DNA of 64,000 nucleotides from Okamejei kenojei. Its lineage: Eukaryota. Each line of letters opens with the position of its first letter. Position 1 is the first letter of the stretch. The DNA is taken from assembly GCA_035221665.1 (NCBI GenBank), contig CM069147.1, forward strand, positions 44,888,001-44,952,000, written 5' to 3'. The notes below the pieces were generated by a model. That model searched no databases. It was not told the DNA's origin and was given only the letters and a program-made list of their open reading frames with translations. Below, piece after piece: positions 1 to 12,800 of this stretch. Made by a program: the position numbers and the translations under genes.

Positions 1-1400
1 CATGGCTCATGTAAAGATGTCCCAATGTGTTGAACCCCTGACCTTCTGATTCATAGCCAAGCTGACATGATTGTGTAAATTCTAATAGAATATTCATAAA
101 GAGTACAACATATTACATGATGAACTAGCAAAGCACACCTAGAGCAAAGTGCTTTTGGTGCAATCTCTACTATCTGTAAAGAAACTGTGAATTACTGTCT
201 ACTAATTCAGCATAGCAACAATATGCAACACGCCCAGCAACTGCATTTTAAACCTTGATGTTGTTTCTTCCAGTGTTGTTTACAACACAGCAACAACTGA
301 AAGACCTGAAATATGAATTAGAGTGCACACGTCTCTGTGAGAAATAATTCAGTCATTCAGAGGCTGACTTTAAAGGCTAAAATATTTCCAATTTAAGTAA
401 ACAGAAGGAAATCGGATTGTTTTTTTCAGCTGCGTATAGTTCTTTCACAGTAGAGGCTACTGTCGAGAGAACGGGGACAAGGATTGGCAAGACCAAACTG
501 TGAGTTTCTGTAACGCAAGGAATAGAAATCTAAAAAAACAATTACGGTTTGATTAATTAGTCCCAGAGAATAATAATTGTCATACTTAAAGTTTCATTAT
601 TTTCCCATATGTGTATGTATATGTATATATATATATACATGTGTACATATATAAATATACGAGTTACATAATAATAGAACGTATTTCAATAACGGAAGAA
701 ATGGTTTCTCGTTCGCGATATCAGTTTGGAATTTTGTTTCTAACGCCTTTTGATGTTAGACACTGTGGCTGCAGCGTTTATGTCAGTTAGTAAACCAGTG
801 AGAAACTATTCTCCAACACTTTGACTGTTCCATGAATCGGTTATTAATTCCAATCGAAGGGTCGGCGGTGTAATATATTTCGTTAACTGCCGTGTGGTTA
901 CTATTGATAGTTAATCGCCAACAAAATGTATTCGTAGATGCTTTCAAATTTTTCAAGTGCGATGAACTGGGGCTGGCTGTAATATACAGCAGGTGTCCAG
1001 AACTCCGCTGGTAGCTCTTCCCAAGATCGGAGAAATTAACATGATGGTAGGAAGTCACAATTCCCAGATCGAGACTTGACAATAAAAGTATTATATTGGA
1101 AAAAATACCTTTGCAGAATTGCATGCTTTGAATTGTCCCGAAGTTTATGATATTGTTTTTTTTTTATGAGTTTTGTCCTCAATTTATCCCCACCCGTTAA
1201 ATGTTGAGAATGTCTTCAATATATAAACTGCAGGAGAGTGAAATGTATTGAAATGCCCCGTTCTGTGCTAGCGGACACAAATGCAAGAGTGAATCTCTCA
1301 GGTTATAAAACGAATACTGCAAAGACTTGTATATAAATGACCAGTGGGTAAACTATCATTGCATATAGTGACCATTAACTGAAAGAGAGAGCAAATACAT

Positions 1401-1548
1401 GAATTTGCAGATGGAAGATAGACACAAAAAACTGCAGTTCACAAAAGGAATTCCTTTTCTCCAGAGATGCTGTCTGACCCGCTGAGTTACTCCAGCTTTT
1501 TGTGTCTATCTTCGGTTTAAGCCAGCATCTGAAGTTCCTTCCTGCACA
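1401..1548. mobile_element. Penelope-like element terminal (pLTR-tail) remnant, two arms in inverted orientation
   Basis: 1450-1548 (ttccttttctccagagatgctgtctgacccgctgagttactccagc...tgtgtctatcttcggtttaagccagcatctg) matches the tail following the GIY-YIG ORF at 54000-54062. gaagatagacacaaaa at 1414-1429 is its reverse complement. Confidence 0.8.
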
Positions 1549-1619
1549 TTACCAGATGGAGATTAGATACTTCTGCAAGCGAGCACTTTCCTGGCCAAGC
1601 ATGAGGTTTGCCTTTTTCT

Positions 1620-1818
1620 TTTCCTCTGGGTATTGTAGTCCGTTTTGGGACGAGGTCCGAGCAAGTCCAATGCAACCGAAGCACGTCGTGTGGACTACAA
1701 CGCCCACAACCCTTTGCGAGCAGCACCTTCGACAACCTTTGCAATCGAACGCGTCACCTGTCGGCGGGAGCCGTCGCAATGTTGGTCCTGGGAGATCACG
1801 TGAGGCGCTCAGGTGAGG
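1620..1818 (+). promoter_or_regulatory. Small CpG-rich promoter with two divergent ZNF143/THAP11-type motifs, CCAAT, E-box and a 5' splice donor
   Basis: GGACTACAACGCCCACAACCCTTTGCG at 1692-1718 (+) and GGACTACAATACCCAG at 1626-1641 (-) resemble the ACTACAAnnCCCA ZNF143 site. Also CCAAT 1667-1671, TCACGTGA 1796-1803, CAG|GTGAGG at 1812/1813, and local CpG enrichment. Confidence 0.65.
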
Positions 1819-3152
1819 TGTTGGTTGGCTGGAAGGTCGACACGAAGGGGAATTCCCTGCTCTGAGCCTCTCAGCTGCTGCTGCAATCAAACCACCGATG
1901 CCATAGACCTTTAGGGCAACAGGTCAGCAAACTCCACTCAGTGCTTTTGCAAACTGCAATATGTAAACCGTTGCCAATTATCTGTATTCAATTATTTTGC
2001 AATCAAAACTCAAGTTGCACTCGTTTACTTTTGAAATTATCTTGTAATTCCACATATCGTGTTGCGGGCTGAAAGGAAAAAAACAATTTGATTGCGCTCA
2101 TAATGATTTTAATAAATAAGAATGATATTTAGTATGCAATATCAAGGCTGCTTAATGTAGCTTGGAATTGCAATAAAACGAATATATTATTAGAAAATTT
2201 GCATTTCGTGCATATCATACTTTAAATGTGCAAATATGCATCATATTATTTGATCAATAAATGGCGTGAAAGATATTGTTCACCGTTTAATACTTGATGT
2301 AAGAAAAATAGATTGTAGCACATCAGTTTTTATAAATATCGAACATCGAAAATAAATGTTACTAAAAGTAAACAGGCACTGCCTATAAAATATTGATTAC
2401 TGCGCAATATTAAAATATATGCGTAAATTGTAGGGCATTCATTTTTGTATCTAACATTTTCTTTCAGCTTTCCAAACAGTAATCAAGTAGGTAATCTTCG
2501 AAAATGCTAATTGGAAAAATTGCAAGAGTTCCGAATTAGTTCAATAATATGAAATGGAGAAAAAACGGTGCAATATTTTTAATAATTAATAGATAAAATA
2601 TTAAAAAACTAACAGTACAAATGTGTATATTACCAAAAAAAACTTGCAGTGCAATGTTTTCAAGTCTGAATGAGTTAAGATGTGTCCACATAAAAGTTTT
2701 ACTCTGTATTCTATTGGGAACTTGCAGCTGATGACCTGTTTCCAAAAACATGAACGTAGTATGTAGCGAACTGTTTCAAGGCACTGCTGAAGGAACTCCC
2801 CATGTGTGTTTGCATGCTCACGACAGCAAGACAAATAGGGGGGAACAGGCTGGGTTTTATTTTTGATATTTCAGTAGGTAACATCAGTTTTTTGAATGCA
2901 AGAAGCTACTACTAATAAAGAAATGTTGGGATGTATACTGCTTTCATCATGAACAAATTACGCAGCACATTTTGCATGATTACATCAGTTCGTTAACTTA
3001 TGTACGCGGTATGGACACGCAAATGCTTTAAACAGTATACCGTCTGTACGCGTTTATGTGTATGGAGTTTTATGTTTAAAGATGTTTAAATACGTAAACT
3101 GCATTGACGGGTTTTAGTCTGTGTATCATATGGTTCTATTGAGGTCTCTCAA

Positions 3153-3179
3153 GTGTGTGTGTGTGTGTGTGTGTGTGTG
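3153..3179. repeat. (GT)n microsatellite
   Basis: Uninterrupted gtgtgt run. Confidence 0.95.
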
Positions 3180-6100
3180 CCTGCGCCCGTGTGCACGGCT
3201 CTGTGTGTCATATATAAAGCGTTGCCTGCCTCTGAGTGTAGTCTGGGCCAACTACCTATCCTTTTTATATGTCTAATCCTTATGTCTGAACTGCTTTTTT
3301 TCGACCATCTATTACACTGTTAGTCATTTATTTTAATCCAACATGCGGACGTCCCATCCTTTAAAAAGGCATACTGTGAGTGTGCTGTACTTAAATGCTG
3401 TGTTCTTAAAGGTATCAAGTGAGACTTGAAACTGCGATGTATTTGTATCACTGAGGAAACTCCGGGCAACCTTCGGGACCTGTAGCCAATCAAATCTCCG
3501 TTATTCCTGTCGGAGTCCCCAGTCCACTATTATTTTTTGTTAAAGAAAACGTTATATCGCAGGTCAGCCCCATTGAAATAGTTCAATCGCTGTTATTCAC
3601 GTCAATTAAAATAGGTAAACTAGCAACGAACGTGCGTTTCAGCGCCCGGCAATAAACACATATAATTTTAAACGGAGTGGAATGGTACAATTAGTATTTA
3701 TTCGTATACATTTTTTTTATTTTATTTAGGAATCTGTTACGATTTTTGCTTATTATTAAACCCAGAAAGCGATTTATTTCTTATCCATTATAAAGTACAC
3801 ACTGTCTTGGAATGAAAACATAAAAGTTATATCACGGAATAAAGACCATTCCGGTGCATTAGCTATTGAAGGAAAGTGGATACCGGGTGTTAAAAGTATG
3901 AAATAAATACAGGACTTTGCTATCCTTCAAAGTTTGGTTCACGCGTGGTGCCTTTTTGGTAACAGCCAGTGGACGCATGCTGTGTCCATGGGCCAATTGT
4001 TAAATTTGATTTGCATAAATTATTTTGAGGTAAACGTTTTTTAAGATGTATCCTTTTTCATTTGAGGGATGAAGAGTCGTTTTTGACAGAAATGCTAAAA
4101 TGTGCATCATACATCATGTTGGTAATGGGAATCAGCGCTGTATACTGCCGGGATTTTTTTTTTCCCCATTATTGCCAAAATTGTGCAAAGCCTAAAAAAT
4201 AAAGATAGCGGTTTTGGGAGGGGGGATACTCAGTCGACTTTGGAGAATATCTCGGAAATATTTATTATTGTTCTAAGCCTTCCACGCAAACATACACACG
4301 AAAACATAACGGTTTGGCAACACCGTACAGATACCCTTTAGCTAACACCTGACTCACACACTTCAAGTGTGAAATGCAAACGATAATTTTCAGCGGAAGG
4401 ATTCTATGTCATTAATCTGGAACACCAAAGTCAAATTTCTGAAACTACTGAAGATCATTTAAACCTGAGCCACCCGTCCGATCGCCGGTGCGTGATAAAT
4501 AACGTAATTTTCCCGATTACCCTGAAATATTCGTTTGTTTGTTCAAAACCGTACAAATGCATAACAAACCTTAAGGTTGTGCGAATTAATATAACCAAGA
4601 TTAATTATTAATTAAGGTGTTTTTTTTTCCCCCTCTTAAAACACGCTAGACCTGCAGTGAACAATCTAGATGGAGCGATAATTTATTTAACTCAGCTTAA
4701 AAAGTAGACTATAGTTTTAAAATTGCATCATGAATGTGCCTGAATGGGAATAAATAGCGCTTTTTTCTTTTTAACTAAACGTGTTTTTAGAAAGTTACGA
4801 AAACATTTACAGATCCAAGCATTTCTAGGCATGCAGAGGGTGCAAAGATGTGTATTTTTAATGTTAGAAAGGAGAAACCTATGACTCTGTACATTTAAAA
4901 TATTTTTCAAATAATTTCGACGCAGAAGATTTTATTTTCTATTTTCTTGCGTTTTTTTTTTGTAATCAAACGTGTCTTCACCCCCCCCTCCTATGTTCTA
5001 ATCTAAACCCGTGCAATAGCTCCGGCGTACTTCTGAGAAGATGTTAGATTTGTTGTTGCCTGCATGTACATATTTACAGCTGGGGGTGTGGAGCAGGTTG
5101 GGAAGGAGAGATGAGAATTGCTTAGGGCGGTCAGCGTTGAACATCAGAGGGCGCTGCCATTACACCTGCAAAAACCCCAGCCAGACACAACCACCGTCGG
5201 CCCATCCTTCATTCATTCAAGTCCACTATCATTTCATCCAAAAAAAGAATCAGAAGAGAGAGCCCGGGCCCCGTTAAGCGACCCCCGTACAAGCCCAGCG
5301 GTGTCCTGAAATCCCAGCACTTAATTGCCCTGGGTAACTATCACCACCATGTCGCTTTAAGACCAACTTCCAATCCCACAATATGTGATTTTTTTTTTTT
5401 TGCCCATCCACAACCTCTGTGAGCAATTCATGTTTTATTCATCAAGCCACATTATACATACGTGGAAATGTATTAAACATATAGATTTAAAAAAAAAATA
5501 GGAAGCTTGCGGGAAAAATAACAATTGATCATTTTAACGTATAAAACCCGTTTTCTTGCTTTTCTTGCTCTATGCCGCTTAATTAAGAGAAGCTCGGATA
5601 TAGTACTTAGCGGTTAACAACACATTGTAAATAGGTCAGATTAAAAAAAAAGACAGTACAACTCAACGCGTTATTCCTGTTAAGTGATCGAGAAGAAAAT
5701 GCACATCATTAGATGTTCTGATTTTTAAGCCGGAGCACGCGCCGAGGAAAGACTTAACAGTACTTTGTCAGAGCTGGTATGTTAAAAAAAAAAACAGAAT
5801 AGTAAAAAGTAAAATGCAAAGTATATTCACCAGGGTTTCAGTGACAATAGCTTGCTGTCTCTCTCTATTACTGTATTTAAAGACACGACGCCAGCTGTAT
5901 ATTTAATGCAGAGTTGCCATTGATCCAGCGCTGTATATAATTGCTGAGCAGGGAAAATAATTGTTTCTTGACACTGGTTTTCGCGTGGTATTCGACACTG
6001 TGCTCAAGCCCTTGGCTTTTATTTGTGTGGCTGGTTTATTTTTATTAACTTCCAAACAAGCATGAAAACTGTTCGAAAGATCGCCGATCGATTGCAGCAA

Positions 6101-7289
6101 ATTCCGTTACATCCGCTCAATACAGTGAATAAAAACACCTTCTAATCCAATTCGAGCGAAGTGGCAATAGGAAAACTCTGACTGGAACCTGTACAAACTA
6201 CTGCGTCTTTTCCTAGATTTCCTCGTCACTTCTTTCAGGAAATTTGTCTGATAGATTTAATTCTGAAATGTGTTATGTGCAATGCAATTCACTCTATTAT
6301 TCCCCCCTCAAATCGTCAATTCTCAAGGCAATGCGGAAGGCGGAAAAGTTGGAGGCACATGCCATGCAAAATATTGTATAATTTTAGTTTAAATTGTATT
6401 TAAAACGATTTTATATCGCTATCTTCTTTGCCAGTGTAAACGTTACCTACAACACAGGAAAGGTGAATTAGCAGAAATATCCCTTTTCTCAGGTGATGTG
6501 GATTGCCAGTAATATACATCAGGAGAAAACCCCAATAAAAATAATATTTCAGAAGCAAATAAAGAAACGAGTATTAATTTATTTAGAAAAAGACGAAAGT
6601 ATTGTCTTAAGATCCTATGTAGGTTTTGCGAAATGCATTACAAATTGCGAAAAAGATCTTTAGCGAGCCGAACGCAAGTTTCATAAGTCTGTTTCTCAAT
6701 TTTATCCATTCAAACGTAAACTTCTGGGAATTTTAAGGAAAGAGAGTTCAATAATCAGTCTAGAAGTAATTTGACTTCCTTAAGAAACAGTTAAATCAAC
6801 TTATTCTTGCGAAATTCACTGTCAAAAATAAATTCTTCCCAAAATATTGAATAGTAAGATTTCCTGCGAAAACACCCTAAATATCACCATTCCTCTGTGG
6901 ATTTAAAAAAAAAAGCCCTAAAATTGCAATCTTCCTAGGGTGTTCGCGTGCTGTTAATGTTTTGCGGATAATGCAATTAAAACAATGCATTACAGGAAAG
7001 GGGGATTAGAAATTAAAGATCATCTGCCCACAAAACGATCGCTTAATACTAGCAGGGGTATTAAAAAAAAAAGAAAAAAGAAAAGCCCCCACGATGCCAT
7101 TGGAAGAGATAGCAGGGGCTGCTGTTAATCAGGAGCAGAATTAATGAATCTATGCAGAGGGGCTGGGGTTTTTTTTTTAAGCAGATCGCCTTATTATTAT
7201 ACATATACAGTAGATTCTTTATTCCCTCCCCCCTCTGTCTTGCATTTGTGTACCAGTCAGTATTTTTTTTTTCATTTTATAAATATATA

Positions 7290-7645
7290 TCTCTATATTC
7301 CTGACTTTGTGGCTGACTCCGAAAAGCGTCACTTGAATATTGATCCGAGGTCGCTTAATTAGCCCTTCCCGTCGTGCCTTCGTAATGAAGCACATGCGCA
7401 CTGAATTAATCACAGCCATTTTTGCACGGAAACTAATTAGCAGAATAAAGATCCATCGACTTTTTTCATTGCGAGTTTCGCCCTCTTTTCCACCGCGATC
7501 GCTGAAATTTTTGCTCTAGGAATGTCCTGCCCGTCCTAATGCGAGTGTCGCCGGCCCCGAAGAGTCTTTGTATGGGATCTTTACGAGCTGATCAGGATTA
7601 CACCATTCCCTTTTCGCAGACAGCAGACGGTGGAAAATCGTAAGT
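7290..7645 (+). promoter_or_regulatory. Candidate conserved promoter/first non-coding exon ending at a GTAAGT donor
   Basis: Complex CpG-retaining sequence with TAATTA homeodomain sites (cttaattagc, ctaattagc), an NRF1-like cacatgcgca and a YY1-like cagccatttt. Donor ATC|GTAAGT at 7639/7640. Confidence 0.5.
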
Positions 7646-7659
7646 TTCAACTTTTTTTC

Positions 7660-7870
7660 CTCCCCTCTCTCTCTCTCTCGCTCTCTCTCTCGCCACTTTG
7701 TTTTCCTTCTTTGTGGATGTGTTAATGACAGTAAATCGCCAGCGCCCCTCGCTATCTCCCTCTCTCCCTCCGACAGCCTTTAGCTTCTCTCTCTCTCTCT
7801 CTTCCTCTCTCTCTCTCTCTCCTCTCCCTCTCTCTCCCTCCCCTCTTGCACTTTCTTTTTTTTTTCCCCC
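7660..7870. repeat. CT-rich polypyrimidine low-complexity tract
   Basis: (ct)n and ctccc runs. Confidence 0.9.
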
Positions 7871-8789
7871 AAAAAAAAAATATTCGCAAATGGTCAGTGA
7901 CAAAAATTACAATCGCACCCGAGCAGAACTTTGAACGCTGAAGTTTATTATCATGATTTTTTTTTTGTTACCTGCATGTGTTTACATCCGCACCAACCTG
8001 ATCTCGACCAGCCGTCAACACAGTCCCGACCCCGCTACCAGCATTGTTTTAACGCGATGGGGTTTGTTTGGGGTGGGGGGGGGGGGGGGGGGGGGGGGGT
8101 TGCGAGCGGTCTGTTGAAGTAAATGTGATATCTATCTGCCTGGGGTTTGAGAGGATGAGAGAGCAGGGCTGGCCGGCCGGTGGATCATGCCACGATGCGG
8201 GCGCGGGAGTGAGGGCTGGAGGTGCCTGCCTGCCTGCCGCCAGCTGCTCGGGGTCGTAGCCGGCAGATGAAGCCCGGAGCTCGGCGTCAGGGTCCGTCTT
8301 TCTCCGAGGGAGAGGGTGCGAGGAGGAGGGGGGGGGGGGGGGTGGCTTTCGCTTTGCTGCCGTGGCCGGGCTCGGGCTCTCTTTCTCCGTGCCGTTTGGT
8401 CTCTCTCTCCGCCTCTGGCTCTGTTAGTTGGGATGCGGTAGGCTAAAAGAGGTCGGATTTCCAAGTTTTCTTCATTTTGTTTTCCTCCCTCCTCTTCGAG
8501 TCCCAGAATCGCAAGCCGGCGGGGTTAAGAGTTGTTTTTTTTTTTGTCCTCTTTCTCTATTTTTTTAAAAATCATTCTTTTCTGGATTTTGTTTTCATTC
8601 TTTCTCGGTTCCTGAGATGTTGGGTGGGTGGGGGTGGGAGGGGGGGGGGGGGGCGGTGTAGGAAAGCCTTGATCCCGTGTTGACTTTATTTTCGGATTCT
8701 CAGTCACATGTGATCGATCGGTTTTGGAGAATGTGTTTAAAAAGAGCCGGAGAGTTCGCGTAGCTCCACTCAGATCGGAAGAGAAATCC

Positions 8790-9420
8790 CGGAGGAAGAG
8801 AGAGGGAAGGAGAGAGAGAGAGGGAGGGAGAGAGAGATAGATGGAGAGAATGAAAGAAGAAACAAAACGCACCTCTTGTAGTGAGTGACAGAGATAAGAT
8901 CAGACCGGGCGAAGTGGCGAAATGGGGAGAATGGGTGAAAGATTGTGAGAGTGAGAGATCAGAGGGGGCAAGTGGGGACGCGAGGAGGGAGAGAGAGAGA
9001 GAGAGAACGGCGAGATGAAAGGAAGGGGGGGAAACAAGGGCAAAGGGCGACAGACGAAACGGAGAAGGGAACTGGGGAGAATTAAAGGGGAAAGCGAGCC
9101 AGCGAGGTGCTGTATTGTCGGCGGAGACGGGAGGATGAAGGAGCAGGGAGCACAGGGAGCCCAGATTGGGACGAGATAACGCAGAGAAAATCAAAGGAAC
9201 GCATCGACTCCCATCAGGGAGACTGGGACAGCGGGCAGATTTAATCAGGAGAGGAAAAGGTCGGGGCAACTCAAAGAGGATGCCACAAGGAGATGGGTTC
9301 GAGGAGGAGAAGGGAGGAGGAGGAGGGGGGAAAGCAGAGAGAGAGAGAGAGAGGAATAAGAATAAAACGGGTGGAGGAGTGGAGCAGGAGTGAAGTGGTG
9401 TGGAGATCTGGGGGCGAGGG
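8790..9420. repeat. GA-rich polypurine low-complexity tract
   Basis: (ga)n and ggag runs with strong purine skew over ~630 nt. Confidence 0.9.
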
Positions 9421-9697
9421 GCAGATAATCGAGGCTCAGTGGGGAACGAGGACACATCAGTCATTGAGATCATTTGTGCAGCAAACACCATTTCAGTTCA
9501 TCTGATACTAGATCGAAGACGGTTTTTTATTACTTTTGTAGACAAAAATCAATGGGGAACGCAAAGTTTATTGAATAGTAAGACTTGGCGAGTTTCCCGT
9601 GCAACTTATATATATTTTATATATTGTACCCACACACACACACACACATCAAATTTTCGACGCGATTGTAAAATGTGTGGCAGCTCGGAAGCTCGGA

Positions 9698-9876
9698 NNN
9701 NNNNNNNNNNNNNNNNNNNNNNNNNNNNNNNNNNNNNNNNNNNNNNNNNNNNNNNNNNNNNNNNNNNNNNNNNNNNNNNNNNNNNNNNNNNNNNNNNNNN
9801 NNNNNNNNNNNNNNNNNNNNNNNNNNNNNNNNNNNNNNNNNNNNNNNNNNNNNNNNNNNNNNNNNNNNNNNNNNNN
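9698..9876. other. Assembly gap (179 N)
   Basis: Run of N. Confidence 1.
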
Positions 9877-12800
9877 GCTTGGCGATCTTGGGCTGAGATT
9901 TGACCCCCGCGATACAACCCCGTCCTCCCCTTCCTCCTCCCCGGTCCCGGCCGGGTCAACCCGAGTTCGCTGGCGGGCGAGAGGTGCGCGCAAGGCGGCG
10001 AGAGGGAGGGAGGGGAGGGGAGGGGGGAGCGAGGGAGGATGCGCCGCGCCGGTGGTCAGGAGGAGATCACGCCGGCCTCCTGCCCCCCTCCGGCCGCCGC
10101 CGCCACCGCCAGGTGCCGGGGATGCGCTTTCGCTGCGAGAGCCGCCGGCCACTTCTCCCCAGCTAATGACGGGGAGGGAGATGAGATGAGGGTGGGGGGG
10201 GGGGGGGGGGGGGGGGGTGAGAGGGTCACGGAGGGGAGGTGTCAGGGTAATGATCAGCAATTCTTTATTCACATTTCCCCCCAAACTGTAATGCTGTACT
10301 TTAATTGCGGTACCATTTTTGTGTGTAGCCCCATGTTCACACACGCCCGCAGTTTGGTCCGTTGCAGATACCTAGTCAGACCTATTTTTAAACCAGCAGC
10401 ACCTTGATTGCGAGTGCCTAACCCCGTAATTCTCAAGTGAAGAAGGTCCCATAGTGAAACTCGGCGGCCCAGGCAATACAAGCACGGTAGAATTATTTGT
10501 GATGCCTTTTTAATTGGAGCTACAATATTTAGAAAGTGGACTCAAATGGTTCTTAAGTGCAGTTTGTTCACGAGCAACTCCGAGCCAATGTAAGTGATCC
10601 GTACAATATATCCATTTACATGATAAGGGACGGAATGGAAATGTGTGCAGTTAGTGTTTTTTTTAAATAAACATTGCAAAAGCGCAAATTAAATTACGCA
10701 TTCCCGTCCATAATTCAGCCTTTCTTTCATTTGGGAAAGCAGCTGACATTAAAAATTGAATACGGCAAGTTGCTGTTAATGCTGCTTCATTAGGGGCACG
10801 GTGTGTTGTCGTGGTGTTAAAGACGGATGATATTCATTTTAATGCACCCAAATGATTGACGAATTTTAACGGTGAGGTGTTTATTTGCACCGCCATCCCC
10901 CCACCCCAACCATGCTTGATCGTTTCCATTTGTCATTTAGGTGTCTCGGAAGACTGTGATTTAGTGTTGGGGTATGCGCCGGCCGATTAGATCGCTGGCC
11001 ATTCAGTGTAGGTATTGTTGTATGTTAATTCATCCTCAGATCTCTTTTTACGCATCAAAGCTGGTGCTTTTAAAGGCGTAAACTCGCCCACAGTCGGGCA
11101 ATTCACTTGCTAATGTGTGTGGGGCAACCTCGGTGGATCAGCTACTGGGAAAAGAGTGGACGTGTTTTGGCTTCCCCTTTATTTTTAAAGCATCAATTGA
11201 TTGACTCGCATTGTCGATACCGAGATGTAACCATTTTATCCCGCTAATTTATGCCTGTAGATAATAATTAGAAGCACGCAGAGTGGGGCTTTCATCTGTT
11301 CTCAACATTGAATAAAATGCCAAAGGAGTTTATTGCCTACATTCATTGCGAACAATAGTGTTTACCAATACATTTGTTGGGAATTCTAAATTGGCAAGGG
11401 CTGTGCGTCTGTGTGTGTGAATGCGCGTATGTACGCGTGTCTGGGGAGGGGCTCATGCTATTTGGTATTTGAAAAACACAGTGGTGTCAGAAGCCAGCGC
11501 TATCCCTTAATGCCTTCAGAGGCCGTCTTGTCTTTTGACAGAACCGAGCGAGTCACTGTTTGCTTGATGCTTTTCTCCCACCCCAAAAAAGGGAAGCACC
11601 GAGCGAAAGCAGTCTTAAGTGGATCATTGATGGGACGTTTTGTGAAGTGTGGACCTGTGCGGGCACTGTCAATATTCAATCTTCGTGGAAACAGCTCGTT
11701 TTGTTTTGGCAAAAGCCCTCTGCAGTTCCTAAGCAGGCGCGATTGGAACTCGCATTTGCATCGTTTTTTCCGCAAATGTTCGTTATTGCAATAAAACGAT
11801 TTTAAACGTGGCCCGTAGCATCTGCGAAGCTGCAAGTGTGATGTTTCCACAATTGCAGTTTTAGAAGTACCCATACATTGTCTACATCTTTAATATTTTT
11901 GCCTTTGATTAGAAAATACAGGAAGCTGGAGATTTTAATTTGCTTGGCGGCGACAGATGTGGAACAGTCAGTTCACACTCAATATATTTCATCCTTTTGC
12001 AGTGTTTCGAAAATGTAGTTTACATTTGCTCGGCAAGATGAAATCAATGCAGTATTTTATTCAAACTTTGCAGAAAATGGAAGTAAAATGTTGACTTGCA
12101 TGTACTGAAAATGAACACGGTAGTGAGTGGAAAGAATGCTTCTATTGATCTGAATGGTGATTGTTTGCACTTCCTTGGGCAAATCCCATTCAATCTGGAC
12201 AAGCATCCAAGTAGCAAGCGGCCGGTCGGTCCTCTGTTGGTCGGCTGGCTGATTGATAGACTAGAGAGCAAGACTATACTACTGAAGCCCGGAATAAAGG
12301 GCCATGCACGCTTTCAGGTACCTGTGATGTGAAGAGACTGCTTACTGAATGGGTGTGTGGGAAATGATGCAGCCCTTGACGATGCCAGACAGAACTGTAG
12401 ATGTCAGGCTTTGCACGGCAAGCCGATTTGAGCAGCAAGGCAGAATGATTCAGATTAACCTTCGCTTGAACATTGTTTAACATGGGGCTTTGAATGAAAT
12501 GCACGCTGGCACATTATGTATGTTTGTGTAAATTTGCATAAGCTTCCAAGCCGAGTAGAATAATTGTGTTTGGTATAGTAGCTATGGTCATTGCTCTAGG
12601 GGGCGTGGAATTATGTTCAGTGTTTAGTCTTCCCTTCCATTTAGCAAACCTAATTCCACCACAAAACAATACACTCACACTTGCAAATAGAAAGAAACTA
12701 TTTTGTTTCCTTCTCTGTGAAAGGGGATACCGCCAGGCAATAAATAACTTATGAATATATTGCCAAACCGAATCAATAGAAATAGTTTAACATTATGATA

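Larger units (their letters stand above)
7300..10600. promoter_or_regulatory. Large CpG island / promoter region of an unidentified gene
   Basis: High GC and CpG density (e.g. 8160-8520, 9880-10170), CT- and GA-rich tracts and several poly-G runs. A second donor AAT|GTAAGT lies at 10589/10590. Confidence 0.7.

Noticed and set aside
783-1124. 113-aa ORF on the - strand
   Set aside because: No recognisable domain and no clear exon boundaries; the length is compatible with chance.
7598-10407. Long ORFs (up to 263 aa) in the CpG island
   Set aside because: They are translations of GA/CT/G-run low-complexity sequence or run through the N gap; none resembles a known protein.
7290-10600. Assigning a gene symbol to the host gene
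   Set aside because: The architecture suggests a developmental regulator with non-coding first exons, but I found no identifiable coding exon, so any name would be a guess.
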